A DNA stretch of 64,000 bases from contig NMRA01000199.1 of assembly GCA_002633005.1 (NCBI GenBank), positions 88,505-152,504 of the forward strand, written 5' to 3'. The stretch comes from Phoronis australis (taxonomy: Eukaryota; Animalia; Phoronida). The notes below the pieces were generated by a model. That model was not told the DNA's origin, ran no database searches, and was given only the letters and a program-made list of their open reading frames with translations. Below, piece by piece: positions 1 to 13,900 of the stretch (position 1 is its first letter; every line of letters begins with the position of its first letter). The position numbers were made by a program, and so were the translations under genes.

Positions 1-775
1 GCCCGAAACTAAAGACAATCTGACATGATACTTAGTCAAGCGAAATGAAATCAGAGATGTCTAGCTTGTGCAATTAATTCGAAAACACCAACCCCTGCAA
101 TCTAATCCCCTCAAAATATGTTTTTCCCTTTGACGGAAAATTAAGATAATTATTTAATAATTTATTTTACTCTCCTTGAGTATATTATGCATGACGCAAA
201 ACTAAATTAATTTGTACTTGATGACCAATAGACTGGAGGTGCAAGTTCGAGCAAAATCTCCACGAAATTTCGAGTTCAAACGCGAACTTATAGCTTTAAG
301 GCTGGGGTCGTCAAGTATAAAATAGGAGTGCACAGGTAAACCGAAATTTACTCGAGCACAGAATATTGGACTTTTATATCTTTGAGTTCATACGAAAGTA
401 GAACAGAAAATTTAAAAAATGATTTCGAGTTACCATTCCCAAAGCGTTGAGTTTCTTTTAGTGTATGAATATTTTTATTTACCATTGTCTCATGGACGCT
501 TTTGATTGTACATAACAATGTTTGTGACTGATTGATATTTCTCAAAAATGTTTTTTTTTAACATTTGCAAAACGGTATTCTTTCTTGAAAGATGAGGCCG
601 TTATTAAAGGGAGCACCTCATTGAGTCCAAAGGTGCACTATAGTACGAAGGTCTACTACTTAGGTAAAACTGAGTTATCATTCAAATCTAATTTTTGTTG
701 GCATTCTACGAAACTCGTAAGCGCTGCACGTGAATAGCACTGGGTTTCGGAATATTGTGCAACCCGCACTCAAGA

Positions 776-993
776 CATGTGCGTACCCAGGGGGGCTCTG
801 GGGGATGGAACGAGCTCCCCAATTGGCAAAGTGGGCAAAAAGGTTCGCCCCCGAGAGACAAAAAGTCCGAGAAAATGGGACAAATGTCCACAAAATAAGC
901 ACAAACGCGCAATTCACAGAGGTCCTCCCCGTTTTTTTTTTTTTNNNNNNNNCGCCCTCTCTTTTGTTGGCAAATGGGCTGGGTGCGCGTATG
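776..993. mobile_element. MITE-like element with CATG(T/C)GCGTACCCAG-type termini
   Basis: catgtgcgtacccag (776-790) and ctgggtgcgcgtatg (979-993) are imperfect inverted repeats. The element contains an 8-N gap at 945-952. No clear TSD. Confidence 0.55.
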
Positions 994-2122
994 CAAAGCA
1001 TATTTTGAGGTCCGATTTCGCCCAGGAGAACCGAACAAACTGTGGTAGTACCGGGCGGACGGTTGTTTTCAGTAGTTTGGCCTTCACCGTGGTACTAACA
1101 CCCGACGTTTGCGTATTCTTGCACCTAGAAAAGATACATCTGGGCACGACATCATATCCATATTTGGCACCTTCGGACTACTGCCATGTAATTAAATTAT
1201 GTTTGGTACAAGTGTATCATAGATATATTTGTGATATGTATGTTTGATGCAGTGTATGATAGATATAAATATAATGTGATCAATCATAATTAATACAATG
1301 TGGTATGGTGTTTGATACAAAGTATCATAGATGTAAACAGTCATATGACTATGTATGTCCACGCAGTGCATAAGTATTGTTCATCTTATTTTATAGAATA
1401 TTAGAAAATTTACTCATTTGGTTCGAAGCATTCATTTGACGAGAATGCCATTTTGTTTGTAGCATCTGAGAGGTTTTCGACGAAAGTTTTTTCTTGTGAA
1501 GTAAATGGTAGTCGTATGTGTCGTGATATACATGCACAAACCGTTTCTCGTGAATCTGGCTTATGACAAACTTGTTGCTTGTTCGGTGCACTGGAACTGC
1601 ATCTGTGGTAAGCGCAATTAGGCTGACTTTGCATTGTTTAGAATTAAATTGAATTAAATTAAATTCATTTTTTATGATCACGTCTTATGCTTACAGTGCA
1701 TGCTCCCAGCCACCGGCTTACAGGACACGATTAATAGAAACACGGAAACTAAAATAAAATACGCTTTACACAATATTTAGAATACTCAACTAAATAGAAA
1801 ATTATGTTGCTTGATGAAAGCACGAAAAATTGATTTTCCAACTGCATATGATAATCAGACTCGCAGTGACCTCATGCACTGGCACGATCTATGATAACGA
1901 ATCACCCGAAAGACTGCAATAACCCTGGGGGGAAACTTTACATTTTTACTCGCCCTTTCTGGCAGAGCTGACATTACAAACATATTGAACACGTTGAAAT
2001 CCATTAAACTATAATTTAACCTTCAGACTCTGGCTTCACGTGTAGATTTTGTACGTGTTCATCACTGAAAATTAAACTAGTCTTCCCGGTCACTATTAAA
2101 GCGATGACAGTCCATGTCTGCT

Positions 2123-2368
2123 GCAGTGTGCGGCGCACCATAGGGGGCTGGGGGGAGGGGGCCTATAGCCCCCACTTTTTTCAGTGCTACGCCGCACGGG
2201 GGGGCCTAAGGGGGCTTTAGCCCCCACTTTTTTTTAGTGTTACGCCGCACACCGGTGGTCTATACTAGGCGGTGCACCACAGGGGTGCTAAGGGGGCTTT
2301 AGCCCCCCACTTCTCTTGCTGCCGCGGCGTCGCCAGTAACTGGCGTCGCGGCGACGCACAGCCATTGT
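2123..2368. repeat. GC-rich element with three internal G-run/C-run units
   Basis: ggggg(c)ctntagccccc acttt recurs at about 2155, 2210 and 2292, with (c)gccgcac linkers. Confidence 0.6.
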
Positions 2369-3401
2369 TCTCAAATGACAATTTAAAAGAACAGTGTACG
2401 ATGTTTTTATCAGCACCCGTTTGATTTCAACTCCTGCAAGCTCAGCGGTTAATTGAGGTTAAATACCGTGGCTTCAATCAAACACTGCGATAGTCATCTA
2501 ATCCCTTTAAGCCCGGCGGCCCGGCCCGGCCGGGCCTTTGATTTGTTCGGTCGCCTGGCCTCACCCACAGACCGGCACTTTTTATCTACCACAGACGGTT
2601 CAAAATTTCATGTTGACGATGCACAAGGTTCCGTCAGGGTGATATGGGTTGAGGGATAATGCTGGTTTTCACAATCGGTTCGTCACTGCCACTTTTCAAG
2701 TTGAGCTGCAACTCACCGACTCCGGCCCAGCCGACGGACGTACGCCGTCGGGATAGATAGATAATACTTTATTTCAGACATATGTAACGTCCATACAAAT
2801 ATCAACTACTAACACTACGCTGCAACTAAAACTCTACCAGCTATGACATAAAAATGTCTCAGTGCAGCGAAATTGAAAAGTGACTGAATATAATGACAGG
2901 CGTGAGTATATATATAATGATGAGGTATTCTAGCTCGGCTGTTTGGCTGCATTTCTTGATGTTGCAGTGATTTGCGTGAAAATGTTTGTGATTTTTGCAA
3001 TCATGTGGAAATTTTATTTACTTCCTTGCTTGACCGGTGACTGGGCTGCCGAATGTTCTCAGCCCGGCAGTCCCCCGACAGAGGCAACTTTCCGACTTCA
3101 CACATGATGTCGCTTTTGTTCGTTCCCAGGGACTTTCATAAGCATGTGGTTACACATATTTTCTTCATTTAAAAATATAAATACATAACGTAATAATTAT
3201 ATACCATATCTGTTTAAAGTGAGCTATTAATGTCTATTGGAATGTTTTTATTAGAATAAATAAGAAAATTACTAACAAATACGGGAAAATTAAAAGAGTA
3301 GTTTTGGTTGTTTATGTTACATGGCGTCAGTGGTAGCGAGTGTCATTTGCAGTGCCCCGTAGTCCATTTCACGTTAATTCTCAAAGGAATAGCTGCTGGA
3401 C

Positions 3402-6400
3402 ATGAATGATTGTGACTTAGACAAGCTATCCATAAAACCAGGCAAATTATCGCCCGCTTTTAAGAAGGATGTTACCGAGTATCATGTAAGAAATGTGGTT
3501 GTAGCATGAGAAATAGTTGTGAGGAAGCCCTGTCAAGACTTGAGTGAGGTGAAACGGGAACAATCCTGAGTCAAGAAGACAGAGTCGGAACGATTGACAT
3601 GGCATAAATCGCGTGGTTGAATATTGGTTAAGTTGTTCGTTATTATGCCCAAGAATGTCTTTGTCAAGGCTCTACACTTTCTCATCTGGCAATTTCGCCC
3701 ACCACTTTTGAATTGCCTTCAAGTTTTCCCATCAAATCCTGCATTTTTGCCTTACAACTTGACAACCGCTGTTTAATTCAGTCACTCAGTCAGTGTGATG
3801 CCCTGTAACCACTCTGTAAGTTCTGCATCCAACTGTCATATGCAGATATGTTCAGGATTTTGTGGCATGGTGATGTTTCATTACCTCTGGATACAACTGT
3901 CACTGGACGTATTACTGGCAAGATACAGAAGACATTGAATTAGAAGCATACCTGTTCAGATTAACTGTTAAATACCTTCAACAATTTCTTTTTACGTGAT
4001 CTGAATTAGACATTTCCAAATAAGAATAACATACTGTGAATGATATTTTATTTACTGGTACTTGTATTTTTCGGCAAATAAACAGCTCTTCTTTCCATTC
4101 TAGGCTACTGTTGCCAGTGATGTGGATAAAGTTACCTTTGATTACCTAACTAGTGACTCTGGAGCTTGTGCATCTGTACATGTAGGTATTGAGGCCTAGA
4201 CTGTTTGGGCTGCATGATAATTACATCATGATTACTTGACCACCTCAGATAAAAATCTACTCCTGCAATACGGCCTTATATAAGCTTATTGACCAGCCAT
4301 GATGTCTCCAAATTTTCCATTTTTATTGAGGAGTATAGTAGCCCCTTGACAGCCAGCTGAGGGGTTACGTGTTGCCTAGCAGGAAAGTTGCAAATTGCGG
4401 GAGTCGCAGTTCATTATTATTATTGTTGTTGTTGTTGTTGTTGTTGTGCTTCTTATTACCCCCGGTGTTCATAATTCGCGACTTTGAGTTTTACTTCAAA
4501 TTGTTTTTTATCGTGTGATCAATGCTTTCATCAGTAGGACCACTGTACATAACCAAGCATTTGAATTGACCCAGTCTTGACTGTTAACTACATGTGTGAT
4601 ATTCTGATATTTTCCTGACAAAATTTAATTATGGTCAGGATAACAAGTAACAGAAAAGGCACTGAACAGCTGACTGGCAAGTTGTAGAAATCACATGAAA
4701 ATTATTGCGCAAGTGCAATAGAGATGATCCCTTCTGTCTTGCCCCAGTTTTGCATTTAGACATATAGTTGACACAGAGCAAGATGATCGATGACAACCTT
4801 CTCTAGCTCTCAAGCAGCTGAAAAAAGTTGTCACCGTGGTGCCAATTTGTTCCACGTCAATTCGGTTTACACACATACATGTACCTCTGTCCAATCATCT
4901 TGTTCCATGTCAGCTGAGCCTTGTCAACTTTTGTTGTGTAAACAGGAATTTTAAGTAACAAAACCATCAGAGATTCAATAGGATCTGTTGAGTTGGCTTA
5001 TTCAGGTGGGAAATGCCCTTGTTTGTTTCATGTGGATGTTGCACGTGAATTGGGTGCACTTACCCAAATTCACCATTTGGGTTAATGCTCACTTTCAACA
5101 TTTAAAGATTTTTGCCTTTAATCGCGGTTTCTTGGCTTAACGCGGACCCCTGAATGTTACCCTAGCTGGTTTTGATTTTTGGGGTGTGCCCAGTCAGAAT
5201 TTCAGCACTGGATTCTCTCAAAATTAAGTTAACAGTCATGTAGTATTCTGTATTGTGTCACGTAAGCAAGGTTTAAAATACCATGATTTGCCAAACGGTG
5301 ACTTAAAAAAGAATTCAAATATTGCATCATTTTTGCTTTTCATCATAGTTAGACTTTTTTTTCAAAGAGTGAGCAACAAAAGAAATTACTGCACCGCCGA
5401 CTCAATTTTCAAAAAAAAAAACAGACCAGCACCATGCTTTTGGCCTTAGCTGTAATTAAAAGTGTTCTTTGATATACTTTTTTAGGGCGGTGAAGGAGGC
5501 CGAACGGTGGCCTTAAAGGAAGGTGAAGTGAATGTTATCAAGGTTGAAGTGACAGCCGAGGATGGAACAACAAAGTTTTACATTGTTCACATCAAACGTC
5601 TGTCTGCTAAGGATGCTACTCTGACTGGGGTCAAGCTAAGTGCTGGCACTCTCTCTCCAGTGTTCAATGCTGATGTCTTGGAATACTATTGTAAGCACTC
5701 AGCAGGCAAATCATGATTTTGATTGGTGTATAAAGCATGTCTTCAACTTTATCTTAATTAAGGTAGTCGAGTGTTCTTCGGTCCAGAACAATGCGTTGTG
5801 TTTAGCTACAAGAATACTACAGTTGGAAAAATAAATCAGACAAAATACCATTTCAAACCACCACGACATCAAACTCTGTAAACAGGAAAAATGACTATAT
5901 GACAGCAAAATTCTAATTGCAAAATGTTCCTAACTTTCCCATTCATTTCCCTTCATTCTCGGTCATCAGGGAATGCTACTCTGACCAGGAATTTGGCTTT
6001 CGTCTGGCCATCATGACAGGAATTCCTGATCATTTTGTTTGAATAGTTTTGAAATGTACTGAAAATAATTTTTAAAGTAATATTCTGGGTAATTTGGCAC
6101 AATTAAGATAAAGAAGATTCATTTTATGAGTTGGTGGGGGCATCCCTTGGATGCACTTTGATAAGCTGTAACATGTAAATCTGAGGAAGTGAATACCATT
6201 CATTTCATTTTTGATTAACTTCTAGGATTTTGATTTATAAAAGAACACAAAGTTTGTCTCCCTTTTCCAATATGAGTGTGCATTGTTCTGAACTACATTG
6301 GAAAATTTTCTTGACTATTTCCACAGACCTTAAGAAACTGAAACAGAGCTCTAAAATTTTGGAAGATGGGTCCACTTGACTTCAGGATTTGGAGTTGGTC

Positions 6401-9400
6401 AGATGGCAAACACTGTAATTTGGTTCTGTTTAATGCTGATCTAATTTTTGTCGATTAATTCCAGGTACCCTTCCATGCAACATACCACAGCTGACAGTGA
6501 CCCCTGTGTCTGCTGACTCAAAAATAGCCGTTACAGTTTGCAGCAACAAGCCAGATTCACCAGTCATACTGAATGTTGGGGAAACTAAGATTGAGGTTGA
6601 AGTCACTTCTGTGGATGGCTCCAACAAAAATGTAAGAATTTGGAAATTGAGAATGTTCTTGTCAATTGTAACTTAATAATACCTTATTGTGTAACTTATT
6701 GTTATCCAACGAGACATTTTACTGCAAAAACCTGTTGAACTGAGAAGTTCAACTATGTGAAAATTATCTTTGCTGACATTCCTACGAACTGAAAGATTTG
6801 ATTTTAAATCTGAGTTCAAGTTTTTAAGCACTGTTATTATGTGATTATAACCAAGATGTCATAAATTACTGAAAGCATGCAGTTGAGAAAATTTTACAAA
6901 AGTGTATTTACAACCAGGTCAGTGGTGGGTCTATGAGGGGGGGAGAGTTCAGAAGATTTAAGCCCCCATGAGGGAACATGACTAAGGCATTAACATGATC
7001 ACCACCCTGCTGTTTCATCAATGAAACATCACCCCTCTGCATCCCATCATATGTCTCGGTAACATTAAACGCTGTACTTTCTTGCGGTATGGACAGAATG
7101 TGTTCATTGACTTTCAAAACTGCCCCTGGCCTGGATCAGACTGCAATAAATGGAATTGCAATCATTTCACTGTCATAGAATGGTTTAGAATGTATTATTT
7201 TGACACTCAACAGTAGAATGCAGCTACATTCATTTGATGATCATAGTCTATCTAATAATGTGTGATGGGAGATACACTTGTCTTATTTTGGCAGACTGAT
7301 CGGTTTTAACAAAAATGTTATGTTCCAGACATACATCATCAATGTCATCAAGAAGATGATTCCCAGATATGTGAAGATAACAGACCCTGGTTCGATGCTA
7401 GAGTTCGAAGATCCCGTCTCACTGTCTCCGTTTTACCGACCAATCAGCATCAGGGACAGTGACCCTAAGCATACGTTTTCTGAACCAATCGTGTCCAATC
7501 TGACTAGGAAATCCAAATTTGATCCACTGAATGAAAATCCCCTGGGCCCTAATTGGAGGATTACGGACTATGAAATTGACAAAAAGTTATCTCAACTGAA
7601 TGCTTCTATTCCATTAACATACGGTGGTAAGTTTTTATTTGTAATGTTATGGTGTTAGAAGTGACCAGCTACCTAATCTGTTTCTTTGTTCCTTGAAGGT
7701 GTAACTGCCCAGCCAACTACTGGAAATCAGAACTAGGTTAATTAATTGATGAGGAATCTGGGTAATACCTCTACATTGTGCATAACTCACTTTTATTATT
7801 TAGCTTCATGAGTTATTAGAATCACTTCTTATTCAGGTGCCGGTTTTGTAAACGCATTTCACTCACGAAAACACACACGAGTCTTCCTGAGATATGTCCA
7901 AGCATTAAAATTCAAGCATTTGATCACATGCCTAATTCTTCTCTCAGGACTTGCATCTGTGAACTTAGTCCAGAATTACTTTTTATCCAACATCATTTCG
8001 TTTATTGAAAATGACACAATATGTTAAGCCTTGTTTGTGAAATATTTTTTAGGTTCATCTGAGACTGCGAAAATTACAGAGCTTGGTGAAAAACTGCAAA
8101 CATTTAATGTCAAGCCTAAAATTTTGGTTTGTATTCAACAGTTTTCTGTTTTATAAACTTCGGGAAGAGAATTTGAGGCGTGGTGTTCCTAAATACTTGT
8201 AAATGTCTCCGCAGTGAGGTGCGCACCTGTGATTTGTTTACTTACTACAAATTTATTCAGGATATCTCAGAATATCAAGATTTTATCAAAGTAAAATCAT
8301 GCCAATTTGTAATAAAAATATCTTTTTTAATTTTTCAAAGGTTTCTATGGTAATTGTGCAAGCATTGTCATAACTTCTCAAAACATTGTCTGATGTGAAT
8401 CATGGTATAAATGTTGAAAAACGATAATTCATTTATTTTGTTCTACACTTGGCTATTCAAAACTCGTAGGATATAATAAAAAATTACCTGTTCTCAGCCA
8501 TCACCATAAACCCTTTGTTAAGCTGGGTTACACAGGCTAGCTAATTGGCACAGCTGTATGACAATGAGCAGGGTTCACAAGAATTACTTCCACTGATCTT
8601 GCATGTCAGTTTCAAATGGCAAATTGAGTGTGAACCATCTGCAAAATTCTAAGCCACTATGACGATTAGTTACCCCTCTAGGCCCTGGATTAGTTACCCC
8701 CTCCAAGCTTACTGCATCATTAAATAAGATGCAAATTCCTATTTCAGGATCTAAAGGACAAATTCAAAGCCAATGCCCCACTAAAACATTCTTATAAGGT
8801 GAGTACAAATGTGCTGGATTTAGTTTAGACATTTTTGATTTGAAAGCTGCTGTGAAATGTTGATGTTTACCTACAGTTAGTTCAAAAAGTCTTCTTGTAC
8901 TAGAATGTTTTCATAGGCAATTATTTCCTTGTAATGTAGCACCTGAGTTTGAGTTGGTTGATAATTCATTTTTCTGAGTTTCTGATATTGGATTGTAATA
9001 AAGATATTCTAGAAGTTGGAACCAATTGTGCATTCAGGAAAAAAAGAATCTTAGAACTGTGATAGTCCCACATTCAGTTTAGAAGTGTTATGAAAAACAA
9101 TCTAGACTCAGATATGAGGGGTGGCAGGAATTGTGAAAAAAACAACCCTGCATTGTAAATTCAGCTCTATTTAGTAATTTCAGTCCTGATTAAAATATAA
9201 TTAAATACTATTTTGTAAATTTAAAACTTCTTAAAAATCATTGCTGTTTTGTAAATTCAATTTACTCTATGTAAAACAACCCTGTTTAGAAGCGAACCTG
9301 TTTTGGAGAATCAAGCATGTTTTATAAAATCAACCTTGTTTTGTCAATCCTGTAAGTGTTGATTTACAAAACTAACCGTGTTACGAAATTTGATCGTATT

Positions 9401-10857
9401 TCATTAAATCAAGTCTCTTTCGTCAATCCTGTCAGCGATTCCTAAAACCAATGAAAGGCCGAGACCCGCTGCTCCTTCTAAGTTAGGCAAATCCAAAAGC
9501 CTTTGAGAGGAATACTGAAGATTATATTTCTATCATAAAAATCGTCACTCCGCAAAAATATATTGTTGATTTATTTATTCTCATTAACAATGAGTGCCAG
9601 TGTGAGCTCCATCATTTTTAGTCACATGATAAACTCGTTTTGCTTCCCACCGACAGGATTTGCAAAACAGAATCTCCAAAAGAGGATAATGATCTATTTA
9701 AACACGATCAATTTTACACAGGTAGTTTACAAATGACTGGATCTACATAACGGGATTGAATTAATGCGTGTAGCGTGAATCTTTAAAACAGCATCTGACT
9801 TTATAAAAGCAATCTGGATCTTCTAAGCAGGATGGATTTTGAATTGAATTTTTGAACTAAGATGAAATAAACAAGTTTTACTTCCCACCGACAGGATTTG
9901 CAAAACAGAATCTCCAAAAGAGGATGATGTTCTGTTTAAACACGATCAATTTTACACGCATGGTTTACAAATGACTGGATCTACATAAGGGATTGAATTA
10001 ATGCATGTAGCATGCATCTTTAAAACAGCATCTGATTTTATAAAAGCAATGGATCTTCTAAGCAGGATGGATTTTGAATTGAATTTTCAAACTAAGAGGA
10101 ATTATTAAACAAATTAAGTTGGGTTGAATTAATTAAATAGAATTGAATTTACGAAACAGGATTTACTTTTTCAAATAGGATTGGATTTATAAAATAGAGT
10201 AATTTGAAAACAGAGCAGATTTTCTTTTTTCACATTTTTTGCCCTTTTTGCATTTCTTACTCAAATTGTCAATTGTCTTCTGAAAGTCCCTTGCATAATC
10301 GTGTCAAGAATGCAAACTCGTCAGTAAAATATGTCTAAAACACATTTCATATAAAAAACTTTTAAAGATGGCACAGTAAGTGTCTTAAAACTATCTCGTT
10401 TCCATTGTGGTGTGTCACATGACTATTTTATTAGCTGCTTATTGGTTTAAATAAATAAGTTTGGTTTTCATACTAGGTAACAAACTGCGTCATTGATGTG
10501 TTTATAGTTTTTTGGATTCATTGTAGGAACGAAGTTGGGAGAAAGGCCTTCAGAAAGTGTTTGATGAAACCAACCCAGACAAGTTGTGTAAAATGGCCGA
10601 GGCAGAGATAGCAAAGTATTACCAAAGCATACCAAAGCCAGGTTTGTGATACTTTCCAAATTTTAATTCAATGTCAAAATGAGTATGAAAAGGTTATATA
10701 TGAATTGTGAGAAAAGAGTTCATGAGATGAATATGTTAGGTCACTTATAAAGTGGTTCTTGAGGAAGGAAAGTTGAATTTTGAAGCTACCAGAATGCTGC
10801 ATGGTTGATGTGAACCTCAAACTGCCACCTTTGCAAAAGTGGCATACACACACACAC

Positions 10858-10902
<45 letters not shown>

Positions 10903-13900
10903 CACACGCATACACACACCCACACACACACACACTTAAAACTAGAACAAGTTACTCCTGGAATGAGTTTGCTAGGTTTGGACATTGTCTGGATGCTATT
11001 TTAACCAGTGTAACTTACCCCGTTTGTGACAACTTACTTCATTTTATCGAGGTAGAGTAACTTGACTTTTTAAAGTATCTTTCATTACTTCTGATCCCTG
11101 TGTGGTCAAAAACCTAGCACAAGATGGCAATAATTATCAGCTGCGAGCTTGTGCAGTTACATACATGCAAGTCAACACCCTGAACTCCTACCATTTTTGC
11201 TAAGGCCCACATGCGCAGATCGACTAGTTTTGCCCTATGCTAGTTATCTGACATATGTTTGTGGATGCTCCAATTTAAGTAGGCCAGTTGCACTTGTTCT
11301 AGGGTAAGTCTATGTGGGGGCGTGACTATAAGAGAAAATGTTAGGTATGTGTATAAATTAAGGCACTTTGCGCATACATTAACTAGACTGTTAATTGAGT
11401 ATGGCTGTATTTTGCTGTCTGAGTGACGTGGATGCATATTAACTAGATCGGTAATCGAGTTTGTGTGTTCTGCTGACTGACATGTGGATTACATAACTAG
11501 ATCGCTAATTGAGTTTGTGTATTCTGCTGAGTGACATGTGCATACATAACTAGATTGTTAATTGATTTTGTGTATTCTTATGAGTGACATGCTGCATAGA
11601 TCTTGGTAATTGAGTTTGTGTATTCTGTTATCTTGTCATAAAATGAATTATATTACTTACGGTAGCTTTGTTTAATAGATGGTGCACAACTATTTACTGT
11701 GAGACTAAAGGGTATAAAATTGCTTTTGAATCTGTGTGAAAAACCATGCAAAAACTATACGTCACACTTGTAAGTGATTGATTTTGGACGTTTTTAACAT
11801 ATTCACAAATTGTATGGAAGAGTTGCACATAGTAGCTTTAATGTATTCATCTCATCATAAACCAGTTGCTCTTGAGCACAGCTTAACAGTAGTTTAGAGA
11901 TTTTTGGTGCTGAGTGTGCAATGTAGGTAGTAAGGTGCATGCAACTTAGTTGCCTTGAAATTACCAGCATGGTGCAGGCAATGAACTATTCATATTTGAA
12001 AAGCAACCAAATTGTGAGAGGTAGAGAAGTACTAGTAGGAATTCTTAGACTAATGCAAAATTTTGCTTTTGTCAATGGAATTAGCAGCCTTAACAGTTCC
12101 ATGAATAGGTCCAAAGTAGTGTCAATAAGGCTTATATATTCTGTCCTACTATAAGTCACATTTTCACTGCTTTTGCATAGTCTGCTTCAACATGAGGAAC
12201 CCAGACCAGGTAAAAATTGACCTTCCGATGATGCCTCTACAAAGGTTGGAGTTTGCTAATGAAAACAATACCCCATTGAATCCAGTTCAGCTGCTTGGGC
12301 TGCTTGGTCACCTTGCATGTAGGCTAATCCTTTAATAACACCTCATTATGCCATGCAGCTGAGATGGCTTTCTATTGTGTTGGCTGGGAATAGATAATTG
12401 AAACCTGGCTTTAGTTCACAAAAAGTTGATTGGGTTTTGACTTGAATTTTCACCTGTGGTAAGTCCCTCATGAGTGCCCTCCTAAGGCTTTGTCACCCAT
12501 TCTCAATTCTTGGACCCCTGGTTCAATATTCTGAATCTGCGCCAGTCCTGTTTGTTCAAAAAGCTTTTTTAAAAGAACAGTGTGCAGTGGTATAGGACAT
12601 TATGAACACCTTAATACTGATTGCCTGTTGCCTGTTGCAGGTGATTTTGTTTCATTTCCTGATGGAGAGTCGCCACTTGACTTCCTAGAAAGAGCTGCAG
12701 CCGACTATGCTGTGGCTGTTAAAAACAAGCCAAAAGACCCTCTCCTACATCTGAAACTTGGAATGGTACTAGAGGAAAGATATTATGCTGAGGATATGTT
12801 TGGTTTGAAGAAAGAGGTACTGAATCCACTACCTTTTGGCTTAATTGTAAAACATACTTTATGGTTTATTCTTTGACTGGATACTATATTTATTGACCCG
12901 TTTTAACAAATTTTGTTAATGACTGTATTTTGTTTTGTTTAAAGTCTAGGAGTACAGGAAAGTGATGCATTCAAATCAATTAAATCGTGATGCATTTTTG
13001 TAAAACTGTAATTGAAATGCTACAGGCCAAGTAGAAGTTATTAGTTATCATGAAATTCATTGTTCAGAACTGTCAATCATCTTGCAATGATGAAGTGAAA
13101 GATTCATGGATAAGAAAACTAATAATGTTTGACTGTGTAAGAAGAGCTTACCTCTACCTGATTCTTCCTGGACTAAGTATTGGTTGCAAGCAATCCAAAA
13201 GCAACATTAAGTATTCTAGCCTCTTGTCAGCTATTATAATAATGGTTTTGAATGTAAAACGTGTAATGATTGTGGTTTTCTTCACTGTCTTAGGATGGAG
13301 GTCATAGCCTTAGTCTTGGGGACAATCTTGCCGCAAAAGAGAGTTCAAAAGCTGAAGAATGTGATGCAATTTGCAAGTTACATGGAGTTGACGTCAGCGC
13401 CCCCTTGTCATTGAAACTGCAGGCTATTGACAAGGAGTATCACAACCTTGTCAATTCTGGACAAGGTGGCAAAGCTGACCACGTTCAAGCATTGTTTGCC
13501 TGGAAATCCAAACAAGCCAAACAGGTGTGTATGTTATGGTCACCAAGAAGATGCATTGGGTATTAAACTTATTAGTATTTCTGGCCAACTTAAGAATGTA
13601 GGCTCTAAAAATTGTAAGGAAGTCATATCTTTTTTCTGTCACTGCAGTATGATCGGGTCACAATTAACCATCATGGTTCATGTATCTGATGTATATTAAA
13701 ATGTGTCTTTTGCAAAACTTGGAATAGAAAATTGATGATGTTAAATTTGGTGGATTCGGCAAATCTGGTCCGCAGTCTGTAAACTAAGTTTCTTGTGACG
13801 TTAGCGAGATTGTGCGTGTGCTTGTGATACATTGCCATGTATTAGAAGCAAAACACCAGATCACTCTTGATTCACTGGCGACTGTCTTGATTCACAGAGT

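Noticed and set aside
678-1247. Cluster of overlapping ORFs on both strands
   Set aside because: They span a GC-rich MITE and an N gap, with no protein-like motifs.
3402-6631. Recent bacterial horizontal transfer or contamination for the cadherin-like domains
   Set aside because: The domains are split by canonical spliceosomal introns and fused in frame to eukaryotic modules.
10674-11060. ORFs rich in HT or CV repeats
   Set aside because: Translations of the (CA)n microsatellite inside a gene 1 intron.
11372-11630. Regularly spaced repeats resembling a CRISPR array
   Set aside because: Eukaryotic intron; whole units are repeated with no unique spacers, and there are no cas genes.
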